From contig DYOF01000002.1 of assembly GCA_020720665.1 (NCBI GenBank), positions 1-62,376 of the forward strand: DNA of 62,376 bases, written 5' to 3'. The position numbers and the translations under genes were made by a program. Below, one piece after another: positions 19,685 through 30,930 of this stretch. The stretch's first letter is position 1; each line of letters begins with the position of its first letter. The stretch comes from Acetofilamentum sp. (GTDB taxonomy: Bacteria; Bacteroidota; Bacteroidia; Bacteroidales; JAADGE01). The notes under the pieces are model-generated. The model made no database searches. It was not told the origin of the DNA and saw only the letters and a program-made list of their open reading frames with translations.

Positions 19685-20197
19685 ATGCAAAGTAAAAAAG
19701 TTGAACAAGCATTAAACAGGCAAATAGAACTGTAACAATTTTCTTCCCGGTTGTATTTAGCTATGGCATCATGGGCTGAAGTAAACGGATATAACGGTTC
19801 GGCTAATTTTTTATATATTCACTCCGATGAAGAACGCGTTCAGATGTTAAAATTATTTCATTACATCAATGACAGAAACGGGCACGCAATTGTTCCAAAA
19901 GTTGAACAACCCAAAGCAACTTATGATTCAATTCAAGCTGTTTTTGAAGAAATTTATGAACATGAGAAAATGATATCGTCTGAAATAAATAATTTAGTAG
20001 GTATTTGTTATGATGAACGAGATTTTTCAACACAAAACATTCTGCAATGGTATGTTCAAGAACAAATTGAAGAAGAAAATTTATTCAGCATGATTTTAGA
20101 TAAATTAAATTTATTAGGCGGAGATAAAGCAAAACTGTATATGTTTGACAACGAAACGGAAAAACTTTCCGCTGCTCATACTCAAGCTAAAAATTAA
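19685..20197 (+). pseudogene. ftnA: Ferritin interrupted by an in-frame TAA
   Basis: The ATG at 19685 gives MQSKKVEQALNRQIEL, then TAA at 19733-19735. The same frame continues as QFSSRLYLAMASW... through the 148-aa ORF. The stop aligns with the conserved ferroxidase Glu (E. coli FtnA ...NLELYSS...). Confidence 0.7.
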
Positions 20198-20216
20198 AAA
20201 AACTACAGAACATATA

Positions 20217-20247
20217 AAGACTCCTCAAATAAAGGAGTCTTTTTTTT
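20217..20247 (+). terminator. Rho-independent terminator after ferritin
   Basis: Stem agactcct / aggagtct (8 bp), loop caaataa, followed by a T7 run. Confidence 0.8.
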
Positions 20248-20274
20248 GACATTTGTATAAAAAAATCGTATCTT

Positions 20275-20706
20275 ATGCAAAATCTTAACCTAATAAATAG
20301 CACTAAAATGAAATACGATTATTTTTGTCCGACCTGCCTGTCTCCGATAACCGTAAATAATAATATTGTATTAACAATTCAGAGACAAAGCGGAGAATCA
20401 GGAATTATTTTTTTAGACACAACACCGGGAAACTATTCAAAAATTAAACACAGCTCTTTTAAAACTGACAAGAATGAACTGATGAAAATATTTTGCCCGG
20501 TATGTCATAAAGATTTATTGTGTTTACCTGATAAAAACTTGGCACGCTTGTATATGAAAGATTCTGACGGCGACAATCTTACCGTTTTGTTTTCAGTTAA
20601 ATACGGTGAAGAATCAACCTATATTGTCAAAGATAAAGAAATTCAATCAAAATACGGAAAAGATTCGGAAGATGTTGATTTTGAATCACTTTCATTATGT
20701 AAATAA
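20275..20706 (+). CDS. Hypothetical protein with two CxxC pairs (zinc-ribbon-like)
   Basis: 143 aa with CPTC...CPVC. The start may be the ATG at 20308 (MKYDYF...). Confidence 0.5.
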   Translation: MQNLNLINSTKMKYDYFCPTCLSPITVNNNIVLTIQRQSGESGIIFLDTTPGNYSKIKHSSFKTDKNELMKIFCPVCHKDLLCLPDKNLARLYMKDSDGDNLTVLFSVKYGEESTYIVKDKEIQSKYGKDSEDVDFESLSLCK

Positions 20707-20708
20707 CT

Positions 20709-22238
20709 TTATTCCCATTCAATTGTTGCCGGAGGTTTTGAACTGATATCGTAAACAACTCGGTTTATACCCTTCACTCGGTTTATAATTTTATTTGAAA
20801 CGCTTGCTAAAAATTCATGAGGCAAATGCGACCAATCAGCTGTCATTCCGTCTGTTGAGCCTACCGCTCTCAAAACAACCGTGTTCTCATAAGTTCGTTC
20901 ATCACCCATAACACCGACAGATTTTACCGGCAATAAAATGCTTGCTGCCTGCCAAACTTGATTATATAAATCTTGTTTTTTTAATTCTTCTATAAAAATT
21001 GAATCTGCTTCTTGTAATATTTTAACTTTTGCTTCAGTAACATCACCGATAATTCGAATACCTAATCCGGGTCCCGGAAAAGGATGCCTGTTTAATATAT
21101 CTGCCGGAACTTTCAATGCTGCCCCTACCCTTCTGACTTCATCCTTAAACAATAAACGTAAGGGTTCAACAATTTTAAGTTTCATAAAATCGGGTAATCC
21201 GCCAACATTATGATGCGACTTTATAGTTGCTGAGGGTCCCTTTACCGAAACGGATTCAATAACATCCGGATAAATTGTACCTTGAGCTAACCACTTAACA
21301 CCCTTAATTTCAGAAGCTTCTTTATCAAAAATTTCAATAAATGTATTTCCTATTATTTTCCTTTTTTGTTCAGGATCTGATACTCCTTTTAGTGCCTCGT
21401 AAAAATCACTTTTAGCATCAACTCCCTTAACATTTAAACCTAAACCTTTATAGGATTCTAAAACTTGGGTGAATTCATTTTTTCTCAGTAAACCGTTATC
21501 TACAAAAATACATATCAAATTTTTATGAATTGCTTTATCAATCAATACAGCTGCAACAGATGAATCAACACCACCCGATAAACCGAGGATAACTTTATCA
21601 TTACCTAAGGTGCGTTTTAACTCATCAATAGTTTTTTCAATATAAGATACGGGAGTCCAATTTTGTTGCATACCGCAAACTTCAAGAACAAAATTTTTCA
21701 GAATTGTTTGACCCTGAATTGAATGATAAACCTCCGGGTGAAATTGCAAACCAAAAGTATTTTCACCGATTATTTCAAATGCACCTACCTTAACATCCTC
21801 GGTAGCCGCAGTAATTTTATAATTTTCAGGTAACTTAACAATTGTATCGGCATGCGACATCCAAACTTGTTCGCCGTCAGTTATGCCTTTAAATAACCTG
21901 TTTGCAGTGTCAAAAATTTTTAAATTGGCACGACCGTATTCGCGAAATTCTGAAGCTGCAACTTCACCTCCGAAATGATGGGCTAAATGTTGTGCTCCGT
22001 AACATATTCCTAACAACGGTTTTAAACCTTTAACTTCAGAAATATCGGATGTCGGAGCTTTTTCGTCTCTTACTGATGAAGGGCTGCCTGACAAAATTAC
22101 TCCTTTAATACTTGAATCTTTTTCAATTTTTTTATTAAAGGGCCATACTTCACAATACACATTCAATTCTCTTATTTTTCTGGCTATCAATCTTGTATAT
22201 TGTGAACCAAAATCTAAAATTATAATTTTGTCTTGCAT
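20709..22238 (-). CDS. guaA: GMP synthase (glutamine-hydrolysing)
   Basis: 509 aa. Has a GATase domain (ICYGAQ), an ATP-PPase P-loop ([10 protein letters not shown]) and the C-terminal PPATIEWE. Confidence 0.96.
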   Translation of the reverse strand: MQDKIIILDFGSQYTRLIARKIRELNVYCEVWPFNKKIEKDSSIKGVILSGSPSSVRDEKAPTSDISEVKGLKPLLGICYGAQHLAHHFGGEVAASEFREYGRANLKIFDTANRLFKGITDGEQVWMSHADTIVKLPENYKITAATEDVKVGAFEIIGENTFGLQFHPEVYHSIQGQTILKNFVLEVCGMQQNWTPVSYIEKTIDELKRTLGNDKVILGLSGGVDSSVAAVLIDKAIHKNLICIFVDNGLLRKNEFTQVLESYKGLGLNVKGVDAKSDFYEALKGVSDPEQKRKIIGNTFIEIFDKEASEIKGVKWLAQGTIYPDVIESVSVKGPSATIKSHHNVGGLPDFMKLKIVEPLRLLFKDEVRRVGAALKVPADILNRHPFPGPGLGIRIIGDVTEAKVKILQEADSIFIEELKKQDLYNQVWQAASILLPVKSVGVMGDERTYENTVVLRAVGSTDGMTADWSHLPHEFLASVSNKIINRVKGINRVVYDISSKPPATIEWE

Positions 22239-22243
22239 TTTAA

Positions 22244-23308
22244 TTACTTAAATAAATCTAAATAAACGGGTAAATGATCGCTAAAACCGTCGTGAAATGT
22301 AAATCCGACATAGGTTCTGAAAGGTTTATATCCTACAAAATTCTCATCCGTTTCTAACAAAAACGGAGCATCAAATACATGAGCATCATCAAGGCTTGTA
22401 TGGATGTTATTTTTAGGATTTAACATTGAACCGGATACGATTATTTGATCTAAAACCCCCCATTCTCCTTCGTGTTTATGCGACCCCTTTCCCTTTTTTT
22501 CTTGCAAATAATACGCTAAATTATATAAACTTTCATTTTCAATTTCTGAATATTCGGTTTTAGCCGATAAGGTTTCTTTGAGGCTGTTATTTTGGGGATA
22601 ATCATTCAAATCGCCCATTATAATAATGTTTGGTTCTGTATCGGCATTAAATATTGAATCCGTTTTATGTTTTAAAACCGAAGCTACAAAAATTCTTTTA
22701 TGGTCGGTTTCCATTTGTCCGCCCCAACGTGAGGGCCAATGATTTATAAAAATATGCATTGTGTCTTTAAATTTATTAAAACCTTTAACATACAATATAT
22801 CACGTGTTTTACTATCCGGTTCATAAGGAAACATAATTTTGATTGCCTCATATTCAATTGGTGTAAATTTATCTTTCCTGTATAAAAATCCGACATCAAT
22901 TCCGCGTCTGTCAGGTGATTCTTTGTGAATTATTCTATAAGGGTATTTTTTTAATGCCGTTTGCTTAATAATTCCTTCCAATACATATCGGTTTTCAATT
23001 TCACAAACCCCTATAATTTCGGGTAATTCCCATTGACCGATTGCAGTTATTACTTTTGAAATATTATTCAACTTTTTATAATATCTGCTGTTCATCCAAT
23101 GTCGTCCGCCTTCGGGTGTAAATTCCTCATCAGAAGTTATTGAATCATTATAAATATCGAATAAGTTTTCAACATTATAAAACATAATCCGCATATCACC
23201 TCTCGGGAATTCGTATTCATTCAGATTTTGAGCATTGTTCAACAAAGATACTGAAATGAAAAAAACAAATAATACATATTTTATTATTCTCTTAGTCATA
23301 CTTATCAA
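22244..23308 (-). CDS. Endonuclease/exonuclease/phosphatase (EEP) family protein, exported
   Basis: 354 aa with a signal peptide. Ends with the [10 protein letters not shown] motif of EEP enzymes. Confidence 0.75.
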   Translation of the reverse strand: MISMTKRIIKYVLFVFFISVSLLNNAQNLNEYEFPRGDMRIMFYNVENLFDIYNDSITSDEEFTPEGGRHWMNSRYYKKLNNISKVITAIGQWELPEIIGVCEIENRYVLEGIIKQTALKKYPYRIIHKESPDRRGIDVGFLYRKDKFTPIEYEAIKIMFPYEPDSKTRDILYVKGFNKFKDTMHIFINHWPSRWGGQMETDHKRIFVASVLKHKTDSIFNADTEPNIIIMGDLNDYPQNNSLKETLSAKTEYSEIENESLYNLAYYLQEKKGKGSHKHEGEWGVLDQIIVSGSMLNPKNNIHTSLDDAHVFDAPFLLETDENFVGYKPFRTYVGFTFHDGFSDHLPVYLDLFK

Positions 23309-23594
23309 AAAATTTATTTTTTATAAAACGAATAAATATAGCAACTGTTACCCATACAATATTCAGTAAAATGAAAGCTGCAAAAAATTTGAATATTGCT
23401 GTAGTAGTGTCAAATACAGATTTAATACTGTCAATAAACAAATAATTTTCAGATTTATAATTTAAAGAGAAATGAGTAATAACCGCCATTATTGAATATG
23501 TAAAAAAAGTGATTATTAAAATAATAAACACCGTTTTTAAAATAACAGTAAAGTGAATATCGGTATTTTTTTTATCTTTACTCATTCGTTGCAA
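23292..23594 (-). CDS. Small membrane protein, hypothetical
   Basis: 100 aa with two or three hydrophobic helices. Overlaps the EEP ORF by 17 nt. Confidence 0.4.
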   Translation of the reverse strand: MQRMSKDKKNTDIHFTVILKTVFIILIITFFTYSIMAVITHFSLNYKSENYLFIDSIKSVFDTTTAIFKFFAAFILLNIVWVTVAIFIRFIKNKFFDKYD

Positions 23595-23627
23595 AAATAA
23601 TATTTCATTTTAATTAATTAATTTAAT

Positions 23628-26600
23628 ATGAATAAAAAAAGGCTTTTTCTGATATTAATTGTTTTGATTGGTTTTAATATTAATTATACATTTTCTCAAT
23701 CTGCCGTAAAATTTACAACCGACAGTATAATTTCAGAACTTAAACTGTTTTACCAAGTTAACAATGCTGATTTAGAAAAAGATAAGAAAGCATTAAAAAA
23801 GGATTCGATATTAAATAATTTAGCAGAATTATGGATTTCAGGCTTAAACGCTAATGAAAAAAAAATCATAAGCGAAATTGCAAATTATCATGTTTCAAGA
23901 AGCTTAGAAAAAGAAACAACACTGATGCAATTTATTCAATCAATTATCTTTTTAAAAACAAAGAATTCAACAAATTTTTCGGCATGGTTAAACATGTTAA
24001 ATTATCTTATAAACTCACAGCAAGTAAGTTCTGCAAAAACAGGACAGTTTATTGAAAGCGTATATTCACTTATTTCTGATAATTATTTGTTAAATAAAGC
24101 CTCATCGAAGTGGAAACTAAAAGAAAATACCGCCTTTAAATTTATTTATTCTCAACCGGAAAATAAATTCAGCATTCAATTTCCTGCTACAAACATAGAA
24201 TCATACAGTATTGACGGAGATACGATAAAAGTGTTGAACACACAAGGCGAGTATGATATTTTTGAATCTCATTGGAAAGGAAAAAACGGAACAATCACTT
24301 GGGAAAAATATGGCATTGCAGCTTCCGACATTAATGTAAAACTATCACACTACAATATAAACATGAATAAGACTGAATTTCATGCGGATTCGGTAGTTTA
24401 TATTAACAATCCGGCATTTAAGGAAAAAATTTTAGGGAAAATTACTGTTTTAGCTTCAAAAAGAGCCTTTACTCAAAGTCAAACACCCGAATTCACATCT
24501 TATCGAAATAATTTTAAAATTAAGAGTAAATATCCGAATATTTATTTTACTTCCGGAATTGAAATGAAAGGAAAAACTTTAAATTACGTAGGGACCGAAA
24601 CCGTACCTGCCGTTGCTGAATACATTTCTAACGGAAAACCTATAATAAAAGCTCGATCATTAAGGTTTTCGGATATTGATGAAACATTAAAATCAAATCA
24701 AACAGATATTAGTATATTTATTGCCGACAATGATTCAATTACACATCCTAATGTTTCATTTTCAGTAAAAAATGAGCAGTTTTCTTTTACAAGAAATTTA
24801 AAAGGAACCGGAAATAGTCCGTTCATGAATTCATACCAAATGATGAATTTTACAGTCGATAATATTGAATGGAACATAAAAGATTCACTCATTCACTTTT
24901 ATTCAAAAGCCGGAAACGAAGCGATGTTTAAATCAACAGATTATTTCACAAAGGAAGATTTTATAAAACAACAGATGTATGAAACAACAAATCCGTTGTT
25001 TGAAATTAATAAATATACAAAAAAAATAGGCTCTGATGAATTTTTCTCGCAGGATTTTGCTTCCTTTATTAAAAAACCGAGTACAACCGTTAATCACCGA
25101 TTAATGGAATTATGGTATGAAGGTTTTTTAGATTACAATCCGAACAATAATTATGTAAAAGTTAAACAAAAACTCTACGATTACATCCAATATTTTTTTG
25201 ATAAAAAAGACTACGACGTTATAAATATCATTTCAAAAGGTAAAGAGCGAACAAAAGATGCCCAATTATTTCCTGTATCGAATGCTGTGTTTGACATAAA
25301 AACAAATCAAATGGCACTTTTCGGAGTTGAACAAATCGTTTTAAACGAACGAAAAAAAGTCGGTATCGTTCCTGCAAACCAAATGATTTTAATCGGACAA
25401 AACAGACAATTGTTTTTTTCAGGTCGTTTAAGAGCCGGATTAGCTGATATTTACGGCAAAAGTTTTGCTTTTAATTATGAAAATTATGAAATTAATACAA
25501 GCAATGCCGACTCGTTAGTCTATCGAATTTGGGACAAAAAAATTTTAAATTCAGAAGAAAAATTATCTGCAAAATTCTTAAATTCAACAATTGAAAATGT
25601 AAGCGGAACGGTTAAAATTGATATTAAAACAAACAAATCCGGTTCAAAAGATAGTGCACAATTTCCGCTTTTTATATGTTCTGATACCTCTTATGTTTAC
25701 TACGATAAAAGAAACAAACAAGGAACAACATACCCGCGTGAGCGTTTTTATTTTAAAAACTATCCGTTTATGCATGACAGTTTATTATATATAACAAAGT
25801 CGCAATTGCTTATACCCGGAATGATGTTTACGGGAGATATTATACCGACTTTTCAAGACACATTAGAAGTTCAGAACGATTATTCTTTAGGTTTTATTCA
25901 CCAAACACCTGACGGCGGATTTCCGCTCTTTAAAGGAAAAGGAACCTTGTCATCTGGAAATAACAATATGAATAGCTTTATCAGGCTAAGCAACAACGGA
26001 TTAGAAGCTAACGGCGTAGCTAAATGGAACAATACAACAATAACAACAAAAGATTTCACTTTATACCCCGACTCACTGACTACTTTAGCCGATGAAATAG
26101 AAATTAGTGAATTTATTAATACCGAAACCTATGCAGAATTTCCGGTAGTTAAAGGAAAATTAGTTTCAACCAGCTGGGATGCTGTAAATGATGTTATTAG
26201 GTATAAAACAACCGGTATAGCAGTTGATATGTATAATGAAAAAGTTCAATTTTCGGGTAACTTTGAATACCGTCCTAAATCTCTGACAGGAAAAGGTCGT
26301 GCAAAAATTCAGGAAGGAACAGTTTCATCGGAGGATTTTGAATTTAACAAAAATTCATTTCTCTCTGAAAAAGCCGACATTAAAATAAATGAAAAAAATT
26401 CTGACACAAAAGACGTTATAATAAAAAACATGAAATCTTTCGTTGATTTAAAATCTGATAAAGCAGTGTTTCAAAAAATTGAAAATGAAGATTCATATGT
26501 ACATTTTGTAACCGACCAATATTTAAGCTATCCGAATCATTTAGTTTGGCATACCGGACAAGGTAAAATTAACCTGAATTACAATATGAGTAAATTCACG

Positions 26601-28292
26601 AATAAACTTTTCTCAAAAGATTCTATTTTGCTTGACAGCACTTATCTTACAGACTATTGCAGATTCGATAAAACTTTGTTTTCATCTTCATACGGCGATT
26701 TAAAATTTGTTTCAATAAAACCTGAACAAGATTCATTGATGTTTTTCGGCAGTCGTGCTAATTATTATACCGGTAACAAAAAAATTGTTGCTATGGATGT
26801 TCAAAAAATTATTGTTGCCGATATTGTTGTAACCCCTAACAGTGAGCTTATTATAAATGAAAACGGTGAAATGGAAAAGCTGTTAAAAACAATGGTTAAG
26901 GCACGAGGAATTCACAACATCAGCGATGTTGATATTAAAATTAACAGCAGCAAAAAATATGTTGCATCGGCAGGAATATATCAATATGAAGATATGAATA
27001 AAAACTTGCAAAACATTAATTTTGATAATATTACCTATGATGAAGCCGCCGGAGCTACCGTTGCACATGGTTTTGTCGATCAATATCAAAAATTCAACCT
27101 CAATCCGTGGTTTAATTATTACGGCGATGTAAATTTTAATGCATCAAAAGACCGACTTCGATTTGAAGGATACGCACGTATAATTCATTCATGTCCTTCA
27201 ATTCCGCAGTGGTTTTATTTTGAATCGGAAATTAATCCGGACAGTATTTACTTACCCCTCGAATCGAAATTATACTCTGATTTAGCTTCAAATAAAGCCC
27301 GAATTTATGCAGATATTATGTCTTCAAAAGACTCGACACATGTTTTTCCTGTATTCTTATCGACCGACCCTTACGGAAATTCAGAATCAATTTTATCTCT
27401 AAGAGACTCTTCGTTTTATGTTACGTACAACGATAACGAAAATAAATACGAAATTACAACATTAGCAAAGTTTAATAACCGAAGCCTTCCGGATGCATAT
27501 TTGGAATTACAAAGAAGCAAATGTATTATTAACGGCGAAGGTCCGTTAAGCCTGTCGGAAACCGTAAAAGTAAATGAGTTTAAAAGTTTCGGAGAATTAC
27601 GTTTTGATACAAATTCTGATGAATTTACAATGGGAACATTAACATATTTAGACTTTTTCTTTGCGAAGAAGCCCTTAGATATTTTGAATGAAAAATTAAT
27701 TTTAAATCCGAATTTAAGTGGTATTCCGTTGGAAAATGACTCCTATAAAAAGCCCATGTATCAAATTATAGGAATTGAAACATGCGATAAAATGCTCAGT
27801 GAAATGTCATTAAATGCCGGAGTACTTAAAAAATTTCCGAAAGAACTTGATAAAACCATAGTTTTTACAAATTTAGCCTTTAAGTGGGATAAAAAATCAA
27901 TATCCTATAAATCAATAGGAAAAATAGGTATTTCCAACATAGGCAATCAAATGATTAATAAATATGTTAACGGATATATTCAAGTAAGAAAACGATTAAA
28001 CGGTGATAAAATATTTATTTATCTTGAAACCGGCGAAAAGGAATGGTTTTTCTTTGCATTTTCCGGCGGTATTTTACGAACCCTTTCTTCTGTAAGTGAA
28101 TACAATCAGGTTATTTCAGATATGAAAACTAAAGATAAGAAAATTAAAACCGATAAAGGAATTTTTAATTATATGCTCACAAATGAAGAAACTAAAAACT
28201 TGTTCATTTATGAATTTACCGGAGTTCATCCTGCTATTGACAACTTTAACGGAAGCACGGAAGACTTGCTTGATGATGAAGAAAATAATTAG
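23628..28292 (+). CDS. Very large exported hypothetical protein (1554 aa)
   Basis: Uninterrupted 4.66-kb ORF with a signal peptide (LFLILIVLIGFNINYTFSQS). I recognised no domain. Confidence 0.8.
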   Translation: MNKKRLFLILIVLIGFNINYTFSQSAVKFTTDSIISELKLFYQVNNADLEKDKKALKKDSILNNLAELWISGLNANEKKIISEIANYHVSRSLEKETTLMQFIQSIIFLKTKNSTNFSAWLNMLNYLINSQQVSSAKTGQFIESVYSLISDNYLLNKASSKWKLKENTAFKFIYSQPENKFSIQFPATNIESYSIDGDTIKVLNTQGEYDIFESHWKGKNGTITWEKYGIAASDINVKLSHYNINMNKTEFHADSVVYINNPAFKEKILGKITVLASKRAFTQSQTPEFTSYRNNFKIKSKYPNIYFTSGIEMKGKTLNYVGTETVPAVAEYISNGKPIIKARSLRFSDIDETLKSNQTDISIFIADNDSITHPNVSFSVKNEQFSFTRNLKGTGNSPFMNSYQMMNFTVDNIEWNIKDSLIHFYSKAGNEAMFKSTDYFTKEDFIKQQMYETTNPLFEINKYTKKIGSDEFFSQDFASFIKKPSTTVNHRLMELWYEGFLDYNPNNNYVKVKQKLYDYIQYFFDKKDYDVINIISKGKERTKDAQLFPVSNAVFDIKTNQMALFGVEQIVLNERKKVGIVPANQMILIGQNRQLFFSGRLRAGLADIYGKSFAFNYENYEINTSNADSLVYRIWDKKILNSEEKLSAKFLNSTIENVSGTVKIDIKTNKSGSKDSAQFPLFICSDTSYVYYDKRNKQGTTYPRERFYFKNYPFMHDSLLYITKSQLLIPGMMFTGDIIPTFQDTLEVQNDYSLGFIHQTPDGGFPLFKGKGTLSSGNNNMNSFIRLSNNGLEANGVAKWNNTTITTKDFTLYPDSLTTLADEIEISEFINTETYAEFPVVKGKLVSTSWDAVNDVIRYKTTGIAVDMYNEKVQFSGNFEYRPKSLTGKGRAKIQEGTVSSEDFEFNKNSFLSEKADIKINEKNSDTKDVIIKNMKSFVDLKSDKAVFQKIENEDSYVHFVTDQYLSYPNHLVWHTGQGKINLNYNMSKFTNKLFSKDSILLDSTYLTDYCRFDKTLFSSSYGDLKFVSIKPEQDSLMFFGSRANYYTGNKKIVAMDVQKIIVADIVVTPNSELIINENGEMEKLLKTMVKARGIHNISDVDIKINSSKKYVASAGIYQYEDMNKNLQNINFDNITYDEAAGATVAHGFVDQYQKFNLNPWFNYYGDVNFNASKDRLRFEGYARIIHSCPSIPQWFYFESEINPDSIYLPLESKLYSDLASNKARIYADIMSSKDSTHVFPVFLSTDPYGNSESILSLRDSSFYVTYNDNENKYEITTLAKFNNRSLPDAYLELQRSKCIINGEGPLSLSETVKVNEFKSFGELRFDTNSDEFTMGTLTYLDFFFAKKPLDILNEKLILNPNLSGIPLENDSYKKPMYQIIGIETCDKMLSEMSLNAGVLKKFPKELDKTIVFTNLAFKWDKKSISYKSIGKIGISNIGNQMINKYVNGYIQVRKRLNGDKIFIYLETGEKEWFFFAFSGGILRTLSSVSEYNQVISDMKTKDKKIKTDKGIFNYMLTNEETKNLFIYEFTGVHPAIDNFNGSTEDLLDDEENN

Positions 28293-29230
28293 GTTTTAAA
28301 ATATTTTCCTTGCCAAGTATTTTGTATAAGAAACTGTTTTTTAATTTTTTCAACGATTTCAAAATTTTTTAATCCTCCCCAAAGAGGTGCAATTAATAAA
28401 TTTGTCGGCGATTCGCTGATAAAACGTTCAATTATTATGTCAGGATTCAGTCGTTCAGCAAATTGAACTACAAATTTAATGTATTCGTCGGCAGTAAACA
28501 ATTTGAAGTTTTCAGGATTTCGGCTATATTCTTTTGCCATCACGGTTCCTTTTATAATTTGAAGTTGATGTAACTTTAAAGTTTCAAAGGGTAATTCTGA
28601 AATTATTTCGGCATGCTTTAAATTTTCTTCACGGCTGTCGCCCTGCAAACCTATTATATAATGAATACCGACATGAATCCCTCTGTTTTCAGAAAGTTTC
28701 AGAGCTTTAACAGAGTCTTCGAAGGTATGAGCTCTGTTAATTTTCTTTAATGTTTCATTGCTACATGATTCTATTCCGTATTCAATGATTATGTAATAGC
28801 GTTCGGCTAAATGTTCTAAATAATCAAGTGTTTCATTATCAACACAATCAGGTCTGGTTGCAATAACTAAACCGATTACACCGTCAAGCGATAAAGCTTC
28901 TTCATAATAGTTCTTTAAAACATCTATTTCGGCATAAGTATTTGAATAAGCCTGAAAATATGCTAAATACTTTTGTGTCTTATATTTCATTGAAAAAAAA
29001 GCAATTCCCTCATTTAATTGTTGAGTAATTGTTTTTTTAGGATGGCAATAAAACGGATTAAATGTGTCATTATTACAATATGTGCATCCTCCTCTCCCTT
29101 TTGTACCGTCACGATTGGGGCATGTAAATCCGGCATCAACAGCAATTTTTTGAATTCTTGTATCGAATTTATTTTTAAAAAAAACTGAAAATTCGTTGTA
29201 AGGCTGCTCGTTTCCCCATGAATAATTCAT
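28289..29230 (-). CDS. TIGR01212-family radical SAM protein
   Basis: 313 aa with the motif CPNRDGTKGRGGCTYCNN near the N-terminus. Confidence 0.85.
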   Translation of the reverse strand: MNYSWGNEQPYNEFSVFFKNKFDTRIQKIAVDAGFTCPNRDGTKGRGGCTYCNNDTFNPFYCHPKKTITQQLNEGIAFFSMKYKTQKYLAYFQAYSNTYAEIDVLKNYYEEALSLDGVIGLVIATRPDCVDNETLDYLEHLAERYYIIIEYGIESCSNETLKKINRAHTFEDSVKALKLSENRGIHVGIHYIIGLQGDSREENLKHAEIISELPFETLKLHQLQIIKGTVMAKEYSRNPENFKLFTADEYIKFVVQFAERLNPDIIIERFISESPTNLLIAPLWGGLKNFEIVEKIKKQFLIQNTWQGKYFKT

Positions 29231-30777
29231 TAATTATTTATTTTACCTTCAATAATCTCAATTGCTTGTTCGTAGCTAATTTTTTTTGCAATAATTTTTT
29301 TATCTTTATCCAACAAATATAATATCGGCGAGCTGCTCAGGTCGTAATTTATTCGATACGAATCGAAAGGATTCCATGCATTAATCCATTCATATAATTG
29401 ATGTTCATTAATAAATTCTAACCAATCTATAGTTACTTTTGAAAATTTTGTCCAATCGGTAATATCTTTTTGCATAAAAAAAGAAATAACTTTAACGTTT
29501 TTACTTTTCAAATCTTTTTCTAAATACAATTTATAAAACTCGGGGGTTTCTTTTCGGCAATGGCTGCAATCTGGTGTCCAAAACCACAAAATGGTATATT
29601 CTGCTTCCACATTTTTTAACGCCCCTTCGTTCTTAAACTCATCAAAAAATTGTTTCAACAATTCTACTTTTAGATTATATTTTATGATACTGTCGGCATT
29701 CGATTTTTCAATTTGAATTCCTTCATTTTTATATTGTTCACAGCGTTCAACCAAGTGGTTAATTTCTTCGGGTTTGTTTATAGTCATTTGATAGTTAATG
29801 TTATATGCCTGATTTCCTACCAAACATTTCTTTTTATTGGCAATTTTTCCCTTTAATTCATTTATAAATTTTGCATCGCTCCATTCGGCATCTTTTATAT
29901 AATATTTGTCGGCAATATGAACAAAAACGTTTTCGGCAGTCATCATCTGATTTGCTTGAAACTTATTAAACATATGAACCAGCATAAATCTGAATAATTC
30001 CTTATTTGTTCTTGATTTCTCAATTAATAAATCAATTTCGGAAATAAGTGTATCCGGGTGTTGCATTAAAACTTTATCAACAAAAATGTCAATAGTATTT
30101 TGATAAATCGGGGTTCGAAGCAAACGCGGATCCGATACATCAAAATTGTCAAAATAATGATTTCTGAACCAATAATATTGTTTTTCTTTATCTGTTATTG
30201 TCGGCGGTACTTCCGGACGGCGGGTTGCTTTTAAAAATTTAATAAAAAATAGGGACGGATTATCGGTAAGCACTTTATTATAAAAACTATTAATTTCCTC
30301 TCTCATCGCGTTTATTTGTTTATCAATTTCTTTTACTTTTTGACCGTCTTGTTTATTCAACTCTCTGCTCTTCATTAACTCTTCTTGCTGTTGAGTTACC
30401 GTTCTCACTTTCTTTTCATATTCTTTGAAAATAAGATTTTCCTCCGACCCTTTAAAACTTACCGTTTCACTAAAGTTAAATGTATCGGCAATAATTGAAA
30501 ACTCTTGATCGGCATCTAAAATAAAATCAAATAAATTTTTATTCGGTAAAAACAAAAAATACATTCCTCCCGGAAATGCCTCTTTGCCTTTAAAAACGCC
30601 TTCACCCTTAGCATTTAGAGTAATCGTATCATCCGGAACAAGTTGTTCGTTAAAGTGATGACCTAAAATTACATCTTGATTTTTTAAGTTTTTTATAAAT
30701 ACTTCAATTTGATGCCCTTGCGAAAGCATTATTCGTGTAAAAATTAAAAAAAGTGTCAGTAATGCTATTTTTCTCAT
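29230..30777 (-). CDS. Thioredoxin-fold (TlpA-like) protein with a DUF5106-like middle region
   Basis: 515 aa with a signal peptide. The C-terminal thioredoxin motif is WFWTPDCSHCRKETPEF. Confidence 0.7.
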   Translation of the reverse strand: MRKIALLTLFLIFTRIMLSQGHQIEVFIKNLKNQDVILGHHFNEQLVPDDTITLNAKGEGVFKGKEAFPGGMYFLFLPNKNLFDFILDADQEFSIIADTFNFSETVSFKGSEENLIFKEYEKKVRTVTQQQEELMKSRELNKQDGQKVKEIDKQINAMREEINSFYNKVLTDNPSLFFIKFLKATRRPEVPPTITDKEKQYYWFRNHYFDNFDVSDPRLLRTPIYQNTIDIFVDKVLMQHPDTLISEIDLLIEKSRTNKELFRFMLVHMFNKFQANQMMTAENVFVHIADKYYIKDAEWSDAKFINELKGKIANKKKCLVGNQAYNINYQMTINKPEEINHLVERCEQYKNEGIQIEKSNADSIIKYNLKVELLKQFFDEFKNEGALKNVEAEYTILWFWTPDCSHCRKETPEFYKLYLEKDLKSKNVKVISFFMQKDITDWTKFSKVTIDWLEFINEHQLYEWINAWNPFDSYRINYDLSSSPILYLLDKDKKIIAKKISYEQAIEIIEGKINN

Positions 30778-30930
30778 AATTAAAAGATTTGAACTGTAGT
30801 ATTGTGGTGTTAATATTTTAAAAACTATTAACGAAACAAAATTAAAAATAATATAAATTTATTCGTGTATATTAACTGAATATTTAAATCTCTGTATAAA
30901 TTTGTACCTTAAAATAAAATTTTACACATT

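Noticed and set aside
19733-19735. In-frame TAA in ferritin as evidence of stop-codon reassignment
   Set aside because: TAA terminates many well-supported genes in this window at the expected positions, for example icd, the alpha-oxoamine synthase and dnaJ. A recoded TAA is therefore not credible. A nonsense mutation or a sequencing error is simpler.
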